Source: Yuukianura sp. NJ FZ-2021
Taxonomy: Eukaryota
DNA: 64,000 bases
Direction of reading: 5' to 3'
NCBI GenBank assembly: GCA_046563655.1
Contig: CM102286.1
Location: forward strand, 2,852,001 to 2,916,000
Shown piece by piece: positions 23,714 through 35,481 of the stretch. The position numbers and the translations under genes are program-made. The notes beneath the pieces were generated by a model. The model searched no databases. It was not told the origin of the DNA and saw only the letters and a list, made by a program, of their open reading frames with translations. The stretch's first letter is position 1. Every line of letters starts with the position of its first letter.

Positions 23714-24258
23714 CCTGAAAAATAAAGTAATAAAATTTTCGTCAAACTGCGAAATTATGAAATAATAGGTTTTATGAATCATAAATTTTCGTCTGATCAT
23801 TGTTAAAAGCGTGGAAATTTTTAACCCTCATGAAACTACAACAAAAATTACGACCAATAAACTCTATAAATATTTAAAAAAAAACACATTCATTTTAAGC
23901 AGTAGTGCTAAATCGGTATACCATTCCTGAGAAAAGCAGACCTAAATCGAAGTTTTTGCTGTAGTTTAAATTGAGCGGTGCAAAAATGTCAGTTTTTACA
24001 GTAAATTGTGGTTAATCGTGATTCGTGAGGACACTTCAATTTTTTCGGCCTGCGCAAGGACCTACTACGCTAACCACCGGAAACACTACTATAACTTAAC
24101 AAGGTGGTTTCAACGGAAGTTACGTTGGTCATAGCGTTAATTTTGGCAACTAGCGTTAATTACAATTGCTTATAAGTTGCAGTTACTCGAATTCAAACTT
24201 AGTTTTTTGAAAATTCTAAGCATTTGAACAATATATTGCCTTGCCTTGCATTGTGAAC

Positions 24259-24627
24259 ATGAAGCTGTCCATAGTCCTGTCATTGGTTGTTGTTGCCGGG
24301 ATGCTGACAATGTCAGCAGAGGGCATTAAACTATTTAATCGCTACAATACATGTAATCCTCTCGACTGCGGATTTACCATGGGCAAACTTTGTTGTGACG
24401 GAACGCTGTACCACAGTCTCTGTGACCTCTACGACGCTGCATGTGCCGCTGGTAAACTTTTTTTCCGAAAACAGACAACAAAATTTGAAATTGAAAGTAA
24501 CTTTTAGAATTTAAAAATTGTAGGAAACAAATCCTTGGACGAATTTTGCAAAGGGCGTAGTGTCTTTTTGAGGCCGCAGCAAGGCCAACCCGCACCGACG
24601 ACGTGCGATTCCGTTCAGTACTACTAA
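24259..24627 (+). CDS. Small secreted Kazal-like Cys-rich peptide (exons 24259-24451, 24524-24627)
   Basis: Signal peptide; C-NPLD-C...CCDGTLYHSLC-x6-C Kazal-like core; phase-1 intron G|GTAAAC...TGTAG| gives GNKSLDEFCKGR...TTCDSVQYY*. Confidence 0.75.
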
Positions 24628-25234
24628 AAACTTTGTAAAGTAGTGAAGTAATTAGACTGATCAGTACTAATGTCAACGTTTAAAATGATTTCGAAATAAA
24701 AAATATTGAACAAAGGCTTCTCTGAAAGAGAATACAAAGTCAATTTTGTTTTTACTTAAGCTTGAGATTAACAGTTTTGTTTAAATTGTATTTCTAAATG
24801 GAAATCATTAAAGGCATTTTGGGAAAGAAGTTTTCAGAAAGACAGAGTTAGTTACTGAACTATCAGAGCTTTTTTCTTACATTTACTATAGTGTCTTAGT
24901 ACTTAGAAAGTAATTGAAGTAATGGAGGTGCTACTACGAATTTAGCAATTCATGTCTACGCGTTTGTTCTGCAGGAGATTACATTAGCGCGAAGGAGTTG
25001 TAATAAGTTTTTAGGTAAGAAATAGTTATAAAAAGGACGTTCAGCCTAATCGTAATGTAGTTCGAAGTTTTTGAACTTTAAATGGAAGTAAGTAGTGAGT
25101 TCATTTAAATGCTACTTAAGTTAGTTACAGAAGAATATTTAAGGTAATCCTATCTGAGCAGACAACCAGAATAAGTTCTATAGCAGTTCTTCTTAAATTT
25201 TGGCAGTGGAAGTGCTCCAGTTCCAACTTCATAT

Positions 25235-27846
25235 TTAAGGCACATGATCAGCATAAAGGTTCCTTTTCGGAAAGCTCGGAAACCAATTATTTCTTGATCG
25301 TGTTCTGAGGCGCGACTGGTCGAAACTTCTGAGTTCCAACTGGACAGAATCTGGAATATTGTGTTCCGCGTGGAAAGATTCTAAGATCAGTCACTTCATC
25401 AACGAACTTTGCCGAATATCGGTATAGAAGGTAGTCGATCTGCTCCTCTAGAGATTTAGGTGACAAAATTGTTAAAATATTGCCAGTAAGTTTAACAATG
25501 GTTTGTACAAGAAGACTTACGATCTAAAGCCCAATCTGGAACAACTTTGTCAGCCCGATGCTCAAGGGCCTCCTCGTCATAATCCGCAAGTAAAGTGATG
25601 TCGTAACAAGTTAGCTTGTTCTCCTTGTTTTCTTTAACTTCTTGATGCACTGGAGCCTTAGGTGTAGGCGGAAGCAGAAATAGACCATCCGGTGTCCGTA
25701 TGTCCGACATAGGCATCTCTTCGTCTTCATGTCCATCATCATTCAAAATCATACCGCTCAAATCTTGAACGACTGAGCTGAGCAAACGAGCATCATTTTC
25801 AGACTCCTTGACGACACTTTTGGAGCTTGATGGCACGACATCAACTGTATTAGTGAAAGTAGTCCGTTCTTTCTTGACGACGACGGGTACAGGCTCCGCC
25901 TTCTTTTGAACTGACGGTAAATTGACAGTAATCTCAGCCTTGGGAACAGGAACAGTAGCAGTTGAACTGGTGGTTTTCACTGGAACAACATAAGTTGCAT
26001 CCAGTACATCGTTGGCATTGAAGGTTAAGTTGTTGACAGTTGGAACTGGAACTGCCACGGCGGGAGCTACAGGTTCCGGTTCGGGAGTTGGAGCTTTCAC
26101 AACTGGCGGTGGTACTGGTGATTTGATCTTCTTTGTGACGTTTTTAGCTTTCTTTGACGCATCGTTACTCAGCTTAACACTGTCACCTCGCTCTTTCAGT
26201 TTCTTCTTTACTGGTTTCTTGGAATCCGCATCCATAAAGTTAAATTTTGGAGCTACAGTTACAGTTGGCTTAGCACGAACCGGAGAGTCAACATCAGTGT
26301 CGGGTGACCTCATGCGTTTCCTTAGTACATTATTCATCTTGAGTTTGGCTCTGGTAACCCGCGATTCATCTAAAACGAAAGTAAACACTTTCAAGTCTAT
26401 ATTGTCATTGTCACCTAACGGTCTAAAATTACCATCGTAGAGATACATAAAAATATCAGTTACATTTACCTTTGAGAGTTGCAACTCGTAGTGGCGTTGT
26501 TGGGTTGAATCCGGGAGTCATTACTCGGGTGGCCTTAACCTTTTTCACTTTACGACCACCTTTGTAGACAAAAGTAAGGTTAGGTTAGGCTAAAAGTAAT
26601 CGATATTCGATAAGCTAACAATTTAAGCAAAAATAAAATAAACTCACTTTTTGCTGCCTTGACCATCATTGGACTATTTTTGAATACATCCTCCCTCTCA
26701 TCCTTCTTGTTGGTAGCCTTCTCAAGGAGAGCTTCCAGCTCCAGTGTGTTTTTCTGTTTTCATAAAAAGAAAGTAAGAAATTAAACGGTTTTCGTTTTAG
26801 TCACTTTGTAAGTTCGTACTGTTTGTAAGCTTGGCTTAAGCGCCAAGCAGTGTGAAGTCTGGTCTTACCTTATGAACTTCCATCATCTCATTGCGGGATG
26901 CAGCAGAAGAACATACGTCAGAGTACTCAGTCAGGAACATTCTTAAGTTTTCTCCGTCTCGGTTTTTTCGGCCGGTTCGGCCTGCCTTAGCCTTGGTTTC
27001 ACGCCCTCCTGTTTTGGCTGTCGGAATAGGAACAGGATCAGTATCAGCTGTTTGCATTACTCTCCCACTCGGTCCTTGTTCTTGGGATTCTGCTCTAACA
27101 TTTGGGTTTGGCTTTATCGTTGGCTCTGGCTCGTCAATCGCTGGTTTCGACGCGGGTTTAGGCTTCACAGGCGCCGGTTTATTAAACAGTTCGCCGGTTT
27201 TAGTTGGAGCCGATGATCCAGTTGGCTTTTGCTGTGGTAAAGTAAATTTAGATGAAGGTTCCGTTTGTGCTGGGACGTGAGCAGGTGAAAAGGCTGGTTT
27301 AGTTGTAGCTTCCTTTGGCAATACTTTTGCAGCAGCGGAGTAGCCCAAATTAGTTGACGAAGATGATGATCCTAAACCTTTTGACACAGGTTTAGAGAGC
27401 GGTGCTGGTACATTCGCTTTTGATGAAGATCCTGCAGTAGCAAGGTTAGAAAACGATCCGGACCCGGCTTTCCTTGCTTTGGATAAGGACCCCTCTTTCA
27501 CCACCTTATTGGTACCCAGAGTACCTGCTGCAGGCAAATTAGTAGACGATCCCCCTCCTCCCGCGCCGATTTTCAGTTTAGACGAGGGGCCCTTTTCGGA
27601 CAGACACGGAGATGATACTGCACTGGCTATTTGCGGTAGCCTTGGAGCAGCTATTTTGAAGCCGGTAGGTGTCCCTGTCGGTGGTGGTAACTTTGATTTG
27701 GATGTATTAGTATGATGCTTGGCCTTAGCCGCTGGACGGCCTCGCTCTCGCTCGGTTTGTTGCCGTCTCTCGGTCTGTTGACCCCGCTCATTCTGACTCT
27801 GGTTGGATGAATCCTGAGCTCGTGACTGTGACCTCGTAACAGGCAT
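25235..27846 (-). CDS. Multi-exon low-complexity basic protein with INCENP IN-box-like C-terminus
   Basis: Exons approx. 27846-26869, 26753-26648, 26569-26470, ~26414-25521 and ~25448-25235, with GT-AG borders. C-terminal YDITLLADYDEEALEHRADKVVPDWA...IF...FRKR resembles the Aurora-B-binding box. The gene is well supported; the identity is tentative. Confidence 0.6.
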
Positions 27847-28493
27847 CCTTAAGAAATAAAGCACATAATAATTTTAACCTAAATACATCTAAAATGGAGC
27901 CATTTTACTGTATTTAGTTTATAATTTTGCGAATCAGTCAATCAATCACCATCACGAACTAAATAAAAGATTGCTGATTACCCGTCACGATAGCTCCCAC
28001 GGCCAAAATATGATCCTCCAAGATTCCGGATTCGGATGACAAGACAGACAGACGACAGCGACAACAAGAAGATGAAGAACAAATAAAAAATGAACGATCA
28101 CATAAGAAATTGGTATTTCCGTGAAGACAGGCAAAGCAACAGGCAATTGGGATTGACTTGAGAGGGAAAAAACTGAACCGACAAAGGCTTAGTTCAACTA
28201 AAAGTTACTCTGCGGAATACAAACTATTTACCACACTTATCAGAGCTGGGCATATTTAAATTTTTCAAAATTTTTTGTTTCAAATTTTTTTGAAACGAAA
28301 CAATGTTAAAGCTTCACTTCTTTGAAACTAATGTTTGAAAACATTAAATGCATTTTTAATTGTAGTAATCGGATTCTAAAAATAACTTTTTATTTTAATG
28401 CCGTTCAATACACTGCTTCAATTGCAAATGGACCCCGGAATTAAATTGTCCCATAAATTTTGCAATTTATTTGTAAAAATTTGGTCAGTTTTT

Positions 28494-29213
28494 CTAATTA
28501 AACTCCTTAATTAAGAGCAGTAAAGATAAAAATATGAACATGGTCATCGGGTGTAACCCACATGCAGAAGAGCCATCATCGTCTTCGATATTAGTACCGT
28601 TTCGAATTTCAACTCGATCCAACATGGCGTAGCCTTTCTTAATTCCAGAATGAATTTGAATTTCCACCATCTGAAATTGAAATATCGCCATTTTAGAAAT
28701 TTCCAAATTAATACATTTTGCATAAAATGTTGATTGGGGAACCTTTAAATTTTCAGGAAACGTAGACAGGTCATAAGTGATGTCGCCCTGAAACAAATTG
28801 GATGCTCCGGAAGTAATTTCGTCAACTAAGGTAAAATCCGTAACGGTAGCATTCTCTTTCAGTATAATCCGAATCATAGCGTCTTCACTAACGATACCAC
28901 GGACAAGCATATAAAGCGGCTTATAATCTTCTACGTAAAACGGAAGCCTGCAAAATGTAAGTTTGCATGAACTCCAAAGTCCGGTTTCTCCGGTAAAGTT
29001 AACCGGCGTCTCTGGTCCACCGCCACATCCAAATCCATAGTACAGCGCATCTACAGAATCACCGTAAGTACAGCTTTCAGGTGCCGCCACTTCCATCCAA
29101 CCTTCTTCGTACAAGTCTTCGTCTTTGTCCAGTGTAACGTTACCGGACTGGGAACGTCCGAACCGAACCGAAGAACAAATTATGAAAACGAACAGAACAA
29201 ATTTCATTCCCAT
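28494..29213 (-). CDS. Secreted/GPI-anchored protein, possible divergent MAM-like beta-sandwich (intron 28671-28742)
   Basis: Signal peptide; C-terminal small residues plus hydrophobic tail; in-frame 72-bp intron AAG|GT...TTTCAG|; GYAMLDRVEI resembles the last strand of a MAM domain. Confidence 0.7.
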   Translation of the reverse strand: MGMKFVLFVFIICSSVRFGRSQSGNVTLDKDEDLYEEGWMEVAAPESCTYGDSVDALYYGFGCGGGPETPVNFTGETGLWSSCKLTFCRLPFYVEDYKPLYMLVRGIVSEDAMIRIILKENATVTDFTLVDEITSGASNLFQGDITYDLSTFPENLKVPQSTFYAKCINLEISKMAIFQFQMVEIQIHSGIKKGYAMLDRVEIRNGTNIEDDDGSSACGLHPMTMFIFLSLLLLIKEFN

Positions 29214-30548
29214 GATTTTCAACTACTGTACTAAATTTTGAACTTTTGGTCAAACTGCGTTTAAAGCCTATGACTATTCTAACGTGCCAACAGTAGTCAC
29301 GACTAATTGAAAACCTTCATTTTTATTTCATTATTTAGTTTCAGATTTTAATCAAAAGGTTCAACTTTTTTGTAAGAAGATTAGATTAAATTTAGCCATT
29401 TGGAATTGTGTCAGAGTAAAGTACAAAGTATTTGAAACCTTTTTATCAAACACTTATATTTTGCGAAACTTTCAGCTCTTTCCAGTTTTAAGGTTTATAC
29501 TCAAATGTTAATACAAGCAATTATTATTGAATGATATTTAAATTTTACTTAAAATATTAATGCAAACCAAGGTAAATAGATGCAAACAACTTTCATTTTT
29601 AAACTGAAGTTGTTTGTAAATGTGGAAGTTATTGTTTACGCTAAATTCTTACTATCTAGTGTATAGAATTGGCACTTCCGGCAAAATTTTTAACGTAGAG
29701 TTTTTAACGTTGCGTGTGTTGGAATAACAATACTGTAAGCACAGTGTTTTAATTTCTAGTAAAGAGAAAGGCAAAAAAAAATTGGCGAATCGGCGTCACT
29801 TTCACTTCGGTGGAATTTGTACTATGGAAGTTAATCATGCAAAATCTTGAGTAAAACAAAACGTTCCAGATTTTTTTTTAAATTGAAAATTGTATGTAAA
29901 CACCTTTTTTTTGCATTTAATCGTAAAAAATCAAGCATGGAATTACAGAAAAACGCGTGACACACTCCATCAACAGATATATTTTGTGGCAAAGTTTGTT
30001 TTTCTTTTTTTCTTAGCGGACTTGTCCTTGTAGGTCAAGAAAATGAAAATGTGGGCATGTACAAATACAATCCAGCTTTAAGAATGAAAAGACCGAGCAT
30101 CGCTACTATAGCTTGGTTCCCTTTCAATACAGATCTGACCCATTTCTGGTTTGTTGAGACTTCAATTTACGTATAGCAATCATCCAGCAGGCTTTTATAT
30201 TCGCTCGGAAGACAAAAAAGTTGTTGTTGAAAAGCAGGTTTTACTATGGGGGATTACTAAAGTTTAGGGTAAGACATGAAGACACGAAAACATTATGACA
30301 AGTCGAAGATTATACAAGTTTATTTAAAGATAAACAAGTCATACAGTTTAACTTTTCGCTTGATCTGAAGTTTGATGCAGTGTCAACGTGTAGGCATTTA
30401 GTAGTACAATGTGCAATACGATACAAGAGTACATTAATCCCAAAAGACTATAGAAGCTATAAAACTTTCAGAGTCAAGTTGTAGACGCTAATGCATTTTC
30501 ATCTAGAATTCAGTTCAAAGGTACAAGAAACAACTTAAAAGTGACACG

Positions 30549-32491
30549 ATGTCTTCCAACTCAGCAACCTCTTCCGAAGACGACCAAAAAGTAAGAATAA
30601 AAAAAAATAGTTACAAATTTAACGTATTTTTGTACGACTCATTTTGATTTCATTTTCCAAAACTTTTTGTTTTGTATTCAGAGCGACTTTCTTTCAAACG
30701 CGGAATTTGGCGGAAGGTTACCGCTTGTAACCAAACTACGAATAAGAAATTTCATGTGCTTCAGGTCCCTTGACCTGAAGTCCTTGAATCAGACTTCGAT
30801 TCCCTACGAAGGGGGAGGAGGTGACGGCAAAACGGCGTTTGCCATTTCTATGTTACTAGGGCTCGGCTACGACATTTTGCTGGAGAATGAAGACAGGAAG
30901 ACGCTTTGTGGTTTCGAAATTTCAAGTAAGGAAGTTTTTTTTTAATCAAAATACAATTTTGTTCAAGAATTGGAAAAACTAAATTTGAAAATACATTGTT
31001 TTTAACTTTAGATGTTGTACGTAATGGAGAACCTACTTCTGTCTTAGAAACAACAATTTCCCTACAATGTTCCGAACATTTGATGTCAATGTTCGGGCCT
31101 TACATGACAATTCAGCGTATAATTTTTAAAGGGCAACCCCTCAGCAAAAGCCCAATTCAATTGGCAGCTTCGGATTCGGAGGGAAATTGCTTCGAACCGA
31201 AGAAACGAGTAACGGAAGCTGAACTTCGGATGACCTTGGACATCCTGGGAATCTCTCCAAAGTGGTTTCGTTTAATGCTTTTAGATGAAACCAATCTTAC
31301 TCACCTTATTGATCATCCGTCCGAATGGTTAGTTAAAGTTTAGATAAAGTTTGACCTTTGACATGAAATTTCAATACATTATTGAAAATTTAATTGAGTT
31401 TTACTTACAGGTATGAACTGTATGAACAAACTTTTTTGTTCACAAAAAGAAAGCTCCTCAAAGACTTTCTAGCTTTCGAAAGTCACATTGAGAAAATGGA
31501 AGGTGACTTGCATTGGAGATTGATAGTAAGACCTTGGAAAACACAATGTCACTTTGTAAAACAATTTTGTTTTTTTGGAAATTTTTAAAATATGACCGTT
31601 TTTTTATCGTAGGTTGACAATCAATTGAATACTCAACTGGAACAACCGTACCTGGTGGATTCTCCAATAACCATAAGAGATCGTGAAAACGATATACGAG
31701 CAATTACCAAAATTAGAAATTCTATGAGAGCCATCGGAACTGAAATTGACGTAATGCTTTCCATATTGAAATAATTTAACAATGATTTTAATTCAAAATT
31801 TTCAAAAAATTTAAAAATTAAAGGGTGTTCTAGAGAAGTGTTAATTTCAGTTTTTTTTAAAGTCATGCCGCAGTGTTCACGAAATTTGCCGGAATGAATT
31901 GGAGGAGCTGCATATTACATTCCAGTACAGGATCTCCAAGATCTTCAGAAAATTTCTGAACAGTCAGCAATTAAATGTAAGTGCTCTTCAGAAATTAAAA
32001 AAAAACACAAACACATGTAAATCATTGCTTTTCATTTTCGAATCTTCCAGGGCGATATAGTAATAGATCTCAGCCTTAAGAAAATGGCAATTTGGATCTC
32101 CAATTCGAGTAAAGAGAGTTCACCGAGGACAATGTAAGTTTTCTGAATTTACAAAAATTCGCTGACCTTTGATTTCAATTTTTCATTTGCTTGTTTGGAA
32201 TTCAACAGAGACGAAACGCAATTGATGTGGGATAAATTGCCAATTTCAAGAAAGAAATTGGCCATGACGGGTCTCTATCTGGCTCTGTGGGAAGTCAACG
32301 AGAGCTGTCCAATCTTCATTGTTGATTCTTCCAGTCAAAGTGCAACGGAATTTAAACTTCCACCCCCCGTTTTCAAAATCTTTCGTGAATTGATGCAAGA
32401 AAAAAGTGTGAATACAAGGACAAAACATCAGCAGTTCTTTTATACTACAAAGGCCTCCTCAGAAGTTCCACTTATTGAGCTCAGCGATTAA
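30549..32491 (+). CDS. SMC5/6-like head-only protein, 444 aa, 8 exons
   Basis: Exons 30549-30590, 30682-30925, 31012-31327, 31411-31525, 31613-31750, 31863-31976, 32051-32133 and 32209-32491 splice in frame (1335 nt). N-terminal KLRIRNFMCF...GGGGDGKT...LLGLG; C-terminal LYLALWEVNESCPIFIVD...QQFFYTTK. Confidence 0.75.
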
Positions 32492-32832
32492 CTAATCTTG
32501 TCAATACCAAATAGACTTTCATTAAGTTAAGACAAATACAATTACAAATTTGATATTTTTGTACGCCGTAGACCAACGTTTACGCTAAACTATGCTACTT
32601 AATTAAGTACAAAGTTTTATGAATTGTTGTGATCAGATGCAATAAATTAGTTTGTAGATGCACACAAAATAGCGTATTTGACAGGCTGACAATACTTTCA
32701 GAGACATAGATTGAGTTTCAGTTTTACTTTTTATAGTCTATAAATTATATGTTATTGTAGTAATTTGGTAAATTTTATTCAATTGATGCGATGGAAGAAA
32801 AAAGTCACGTGAATCGGTTGTTACAACGTAAA

Positions 32833-33287
32833 CTACCCGGAAACGTAGTAGCACCTCCTACGACGCCGGTAACTATTACAAACAGTTCCATATCGAATTG
32901 GTTTATATCTTCGGTGACGATATGGAGAGCGGAAATGATGGCGGTTTCCAATTCGTCTATGTTGACGTCTACTGTCATATCGAACATGGCGTCCCAAGCT
33001 TCTCGTAATTCGTTGAAGTACTAGGTTACTCTGGAGTACTTTAGAAACAAAATCATATAATTTTATATTTAAAAAAAGTTGGTGATATTTTTAAAAAGTT
33101 AAAATTTTAGACATTTACCATTTTCCTTTTCTTGCTGGAGGTTTATACCATGGTCGATTTCTTTTTGAGGATCAAACTTATCATTTTCGTACTTTTGTGT
33201 CCGAAACCAATTCACTGGTGTAGAAAACGCTGTACAAAATATTGATACTAACACGACAGAGAATACTATCAGACCAAGTCTATCCAT
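32833..33287 (-). CDS. Secreted prepropeptide with Arg/His-rich cationic mature peptide (candidate antimicrobial peptide); exons 33287-33119, 33038-32833
   Basis: Phase-1 intron G|GTAAAT...CTAAAG| yields 124 aa: signal, pro-region, RITR site, then a cationic peptide ending ...CNSYRRRRRCYYVSG*. Confidence 0.75.
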
Positions 33288-34061
33288 TATGAAAAGCGAA
33301 TTCCAAAGGTGCAACTTTCGCGCGAATTTTTGTGCTCAACACTCCTTTTATAACGCCACAACAATTCAAAAGTGAACAAACTCTGAAAGAGTTTTAACGA
33401 AGCTTTTTTTCCAAATCATCTCGACAATTGCAATTTTAAAAGGAAAACAACATAAAGGAAAACCTGTTTTTAAGAATTTCAGCTTCAATGGAATCCTACG
33501 CTTGTGCCAAAATTCATAATGTGCAAAAGGATTTGTAATTTGTAGGTAGATCTACGGGGTTGATGACCTCTGAGTTGTCACTTCCGAAATAATAACGTAC
33601 TCAAAATCTCAACACAGAGAGTTTTTCCGGCAAAGTTTTACTTTCCCTAGCATAACATAATTTGAGTGGATGTTGACAGGCATGTTGCAGGTTACTTCCC
33701 TAACCTAAGACTTTAGCACTTAAAAATCCATAAATTGGTATCCGAAAACCGGTTTATGTTCAAAAGTGTGACCATAATTTGTTATTGTGGTTTAACGGGA
33801 TGAAGGATCTTCTTCATCGTCGTTTCGGTGGTTCACAGGTTCCCAGTATGTGGGCGGAATAACATAAGAAATTTATGCTAAAACTTTTGTTTTTAATGTT
33901 AAAGTCCAATGATCTCTGACTTCTTAGAAATATCATAAATACTAAGAATGTACTCAAAAACTAAAAGTTAGAAAATAGGAAACGTCAAAAAGCAGAGTTA
34001 AATGAACTGAAAACTTAAAAATCGTAGTACAGCGCATGAGAAAGTTTATTTGCTTTGTAGA

Positions 34062-34319
34062 TCATTTTCCTACGCAATCGCCATGTTCGTTACAGTAGAC
34101 CTCTGAAGCACACTCGCAGGCGAATTCCTTCCCTTCATCATCGTTCGGACTGCAGCCATTTTCCGTTTGACCTTCCGTTTCACACAGAATGGCACAGTCT
34201 TGACAGTCGTAAATCAGCGTCGTCTGTAAAGATCCACTCACTCCCGGTACAAAGACATTCAGTGAATTCAGTACAAGCAGAATGACAAATACGAACACTT
34301 TTGAGGACCTCTGCGGCAT
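34062..34319 (-). CDS. Small secreted acidic 8-Cys peptide (CxxxC...CxC motif)
   Basis: Signal peptide followed by a Cys-rich mature region; single coding exon; acceptor-like TTGCAG just upstream of the ATG. Confidence 0.75.
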   Translation of the reverse strand: MPQRSSKVFVFVILLVLNSLNVFVPGVSGSLQTTLIYDCQDCAILCETEGQTENGCSPNDDEGKEFACECASEVYCNEHGDCVGK

Positions 34320-35481
34320 CGTATCTGGTTCTGCAATTTTGTTTGAAATAAATAATTTATAATGTGCTTAGAATTGTTTACTTTTTCTTTTTGTGATTTT
34401 GGAAATATAAAAGTGATCAAGTAAGAATCTTACCGTTAATCGATTTAAGTTTTGATATGTGTAATGCAATTTGCAAAAGAGAACAAAAATTGAATAGAGG
34501 AAAACCAAGCAGAAATCCAAGAAAGCGAGTAGCGTTTCCACTTAATTAAAAACTGCAATTAGAACTCACTTTTATACTTCGGGCAGCCACTAATTTGCCT
34601 TAATTGAGTGACCTAGTTTAAAGTAAACTCAATTCAAATTATAAACTGGACCCATGCAAACAGAACTAGATATTTCGATGTGTATGTGTAACATTTTTGA
34701 GTATCGAATGAAAACTAATGAGCTATAAGAACTGTATTTATAAATTATATTTGGAATTAATTGGAATACGATTCAAAAGCATCTAAGAAATTCTTCGAGC
34801 TCATTTAATTAAGTGTTTGGCGGAAACACAATTTTTGAAGAAAAAAAAATAGAAAATTGCTACAACACTTGAAAATAAAGTGTTCCAAAGCCAGGTATGC
34901 TTTGTTTTCTACCGACTTTGGTTACATCTTTAGGCAATTCGTACAAATACGAGACTTGATCTTTCAGCAGCTTAGTTCTTTTTCGTTTTTCCTTCGAAAA
35001 GGCCCCACGCTTAAGCATTTTGCATAAAACTAACGTGCAGTCTTACAATTTTCATTGCCAACAGTATTGAGCAACGTGACGTCTAGAACTAACAGCGTCG
35101 TATCGTAATTTGATCCACTTAAAATTTCGCGAGACTGACTCAATTTCACAGCATGTAGGATAAAAACGTGCTTTCTCTCATGTAACCTCCCACACGTTAG
35201 AGTTGTACCATTTCAAATTTAATTAAAAACTGGCAGCAGTTTAATTAAAATCAACATGGTTTCGAATTTATTCTGTTTTTTTAAACATATTTTTAAACAT
35301 ATTTAAACTTTTAGATTAACCGACATGACATTACGCTTTAGATTCATTCTTTATTTGACTCAGTGAACAGATTAAGTGCAGAATTTTAATTGTTGCGACG
35401 TACCAAAAACTCTTACCTAACAAATTAACATTTAATTTTAACAATTAATTAGTTAAATATAACTACTCTAACTTAAATTAT

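Noticed and set aside
26012..27715. Plus-strand ORFs of 78-142 aa
   Set aside because: Antisense shadows of the minus-strand coding exons.
32791..33024. ORF-track peptides on both strands
   Set aside because: Shadow frames; the splice phase from the signal-peptide exon selects the Arg-rich frame.
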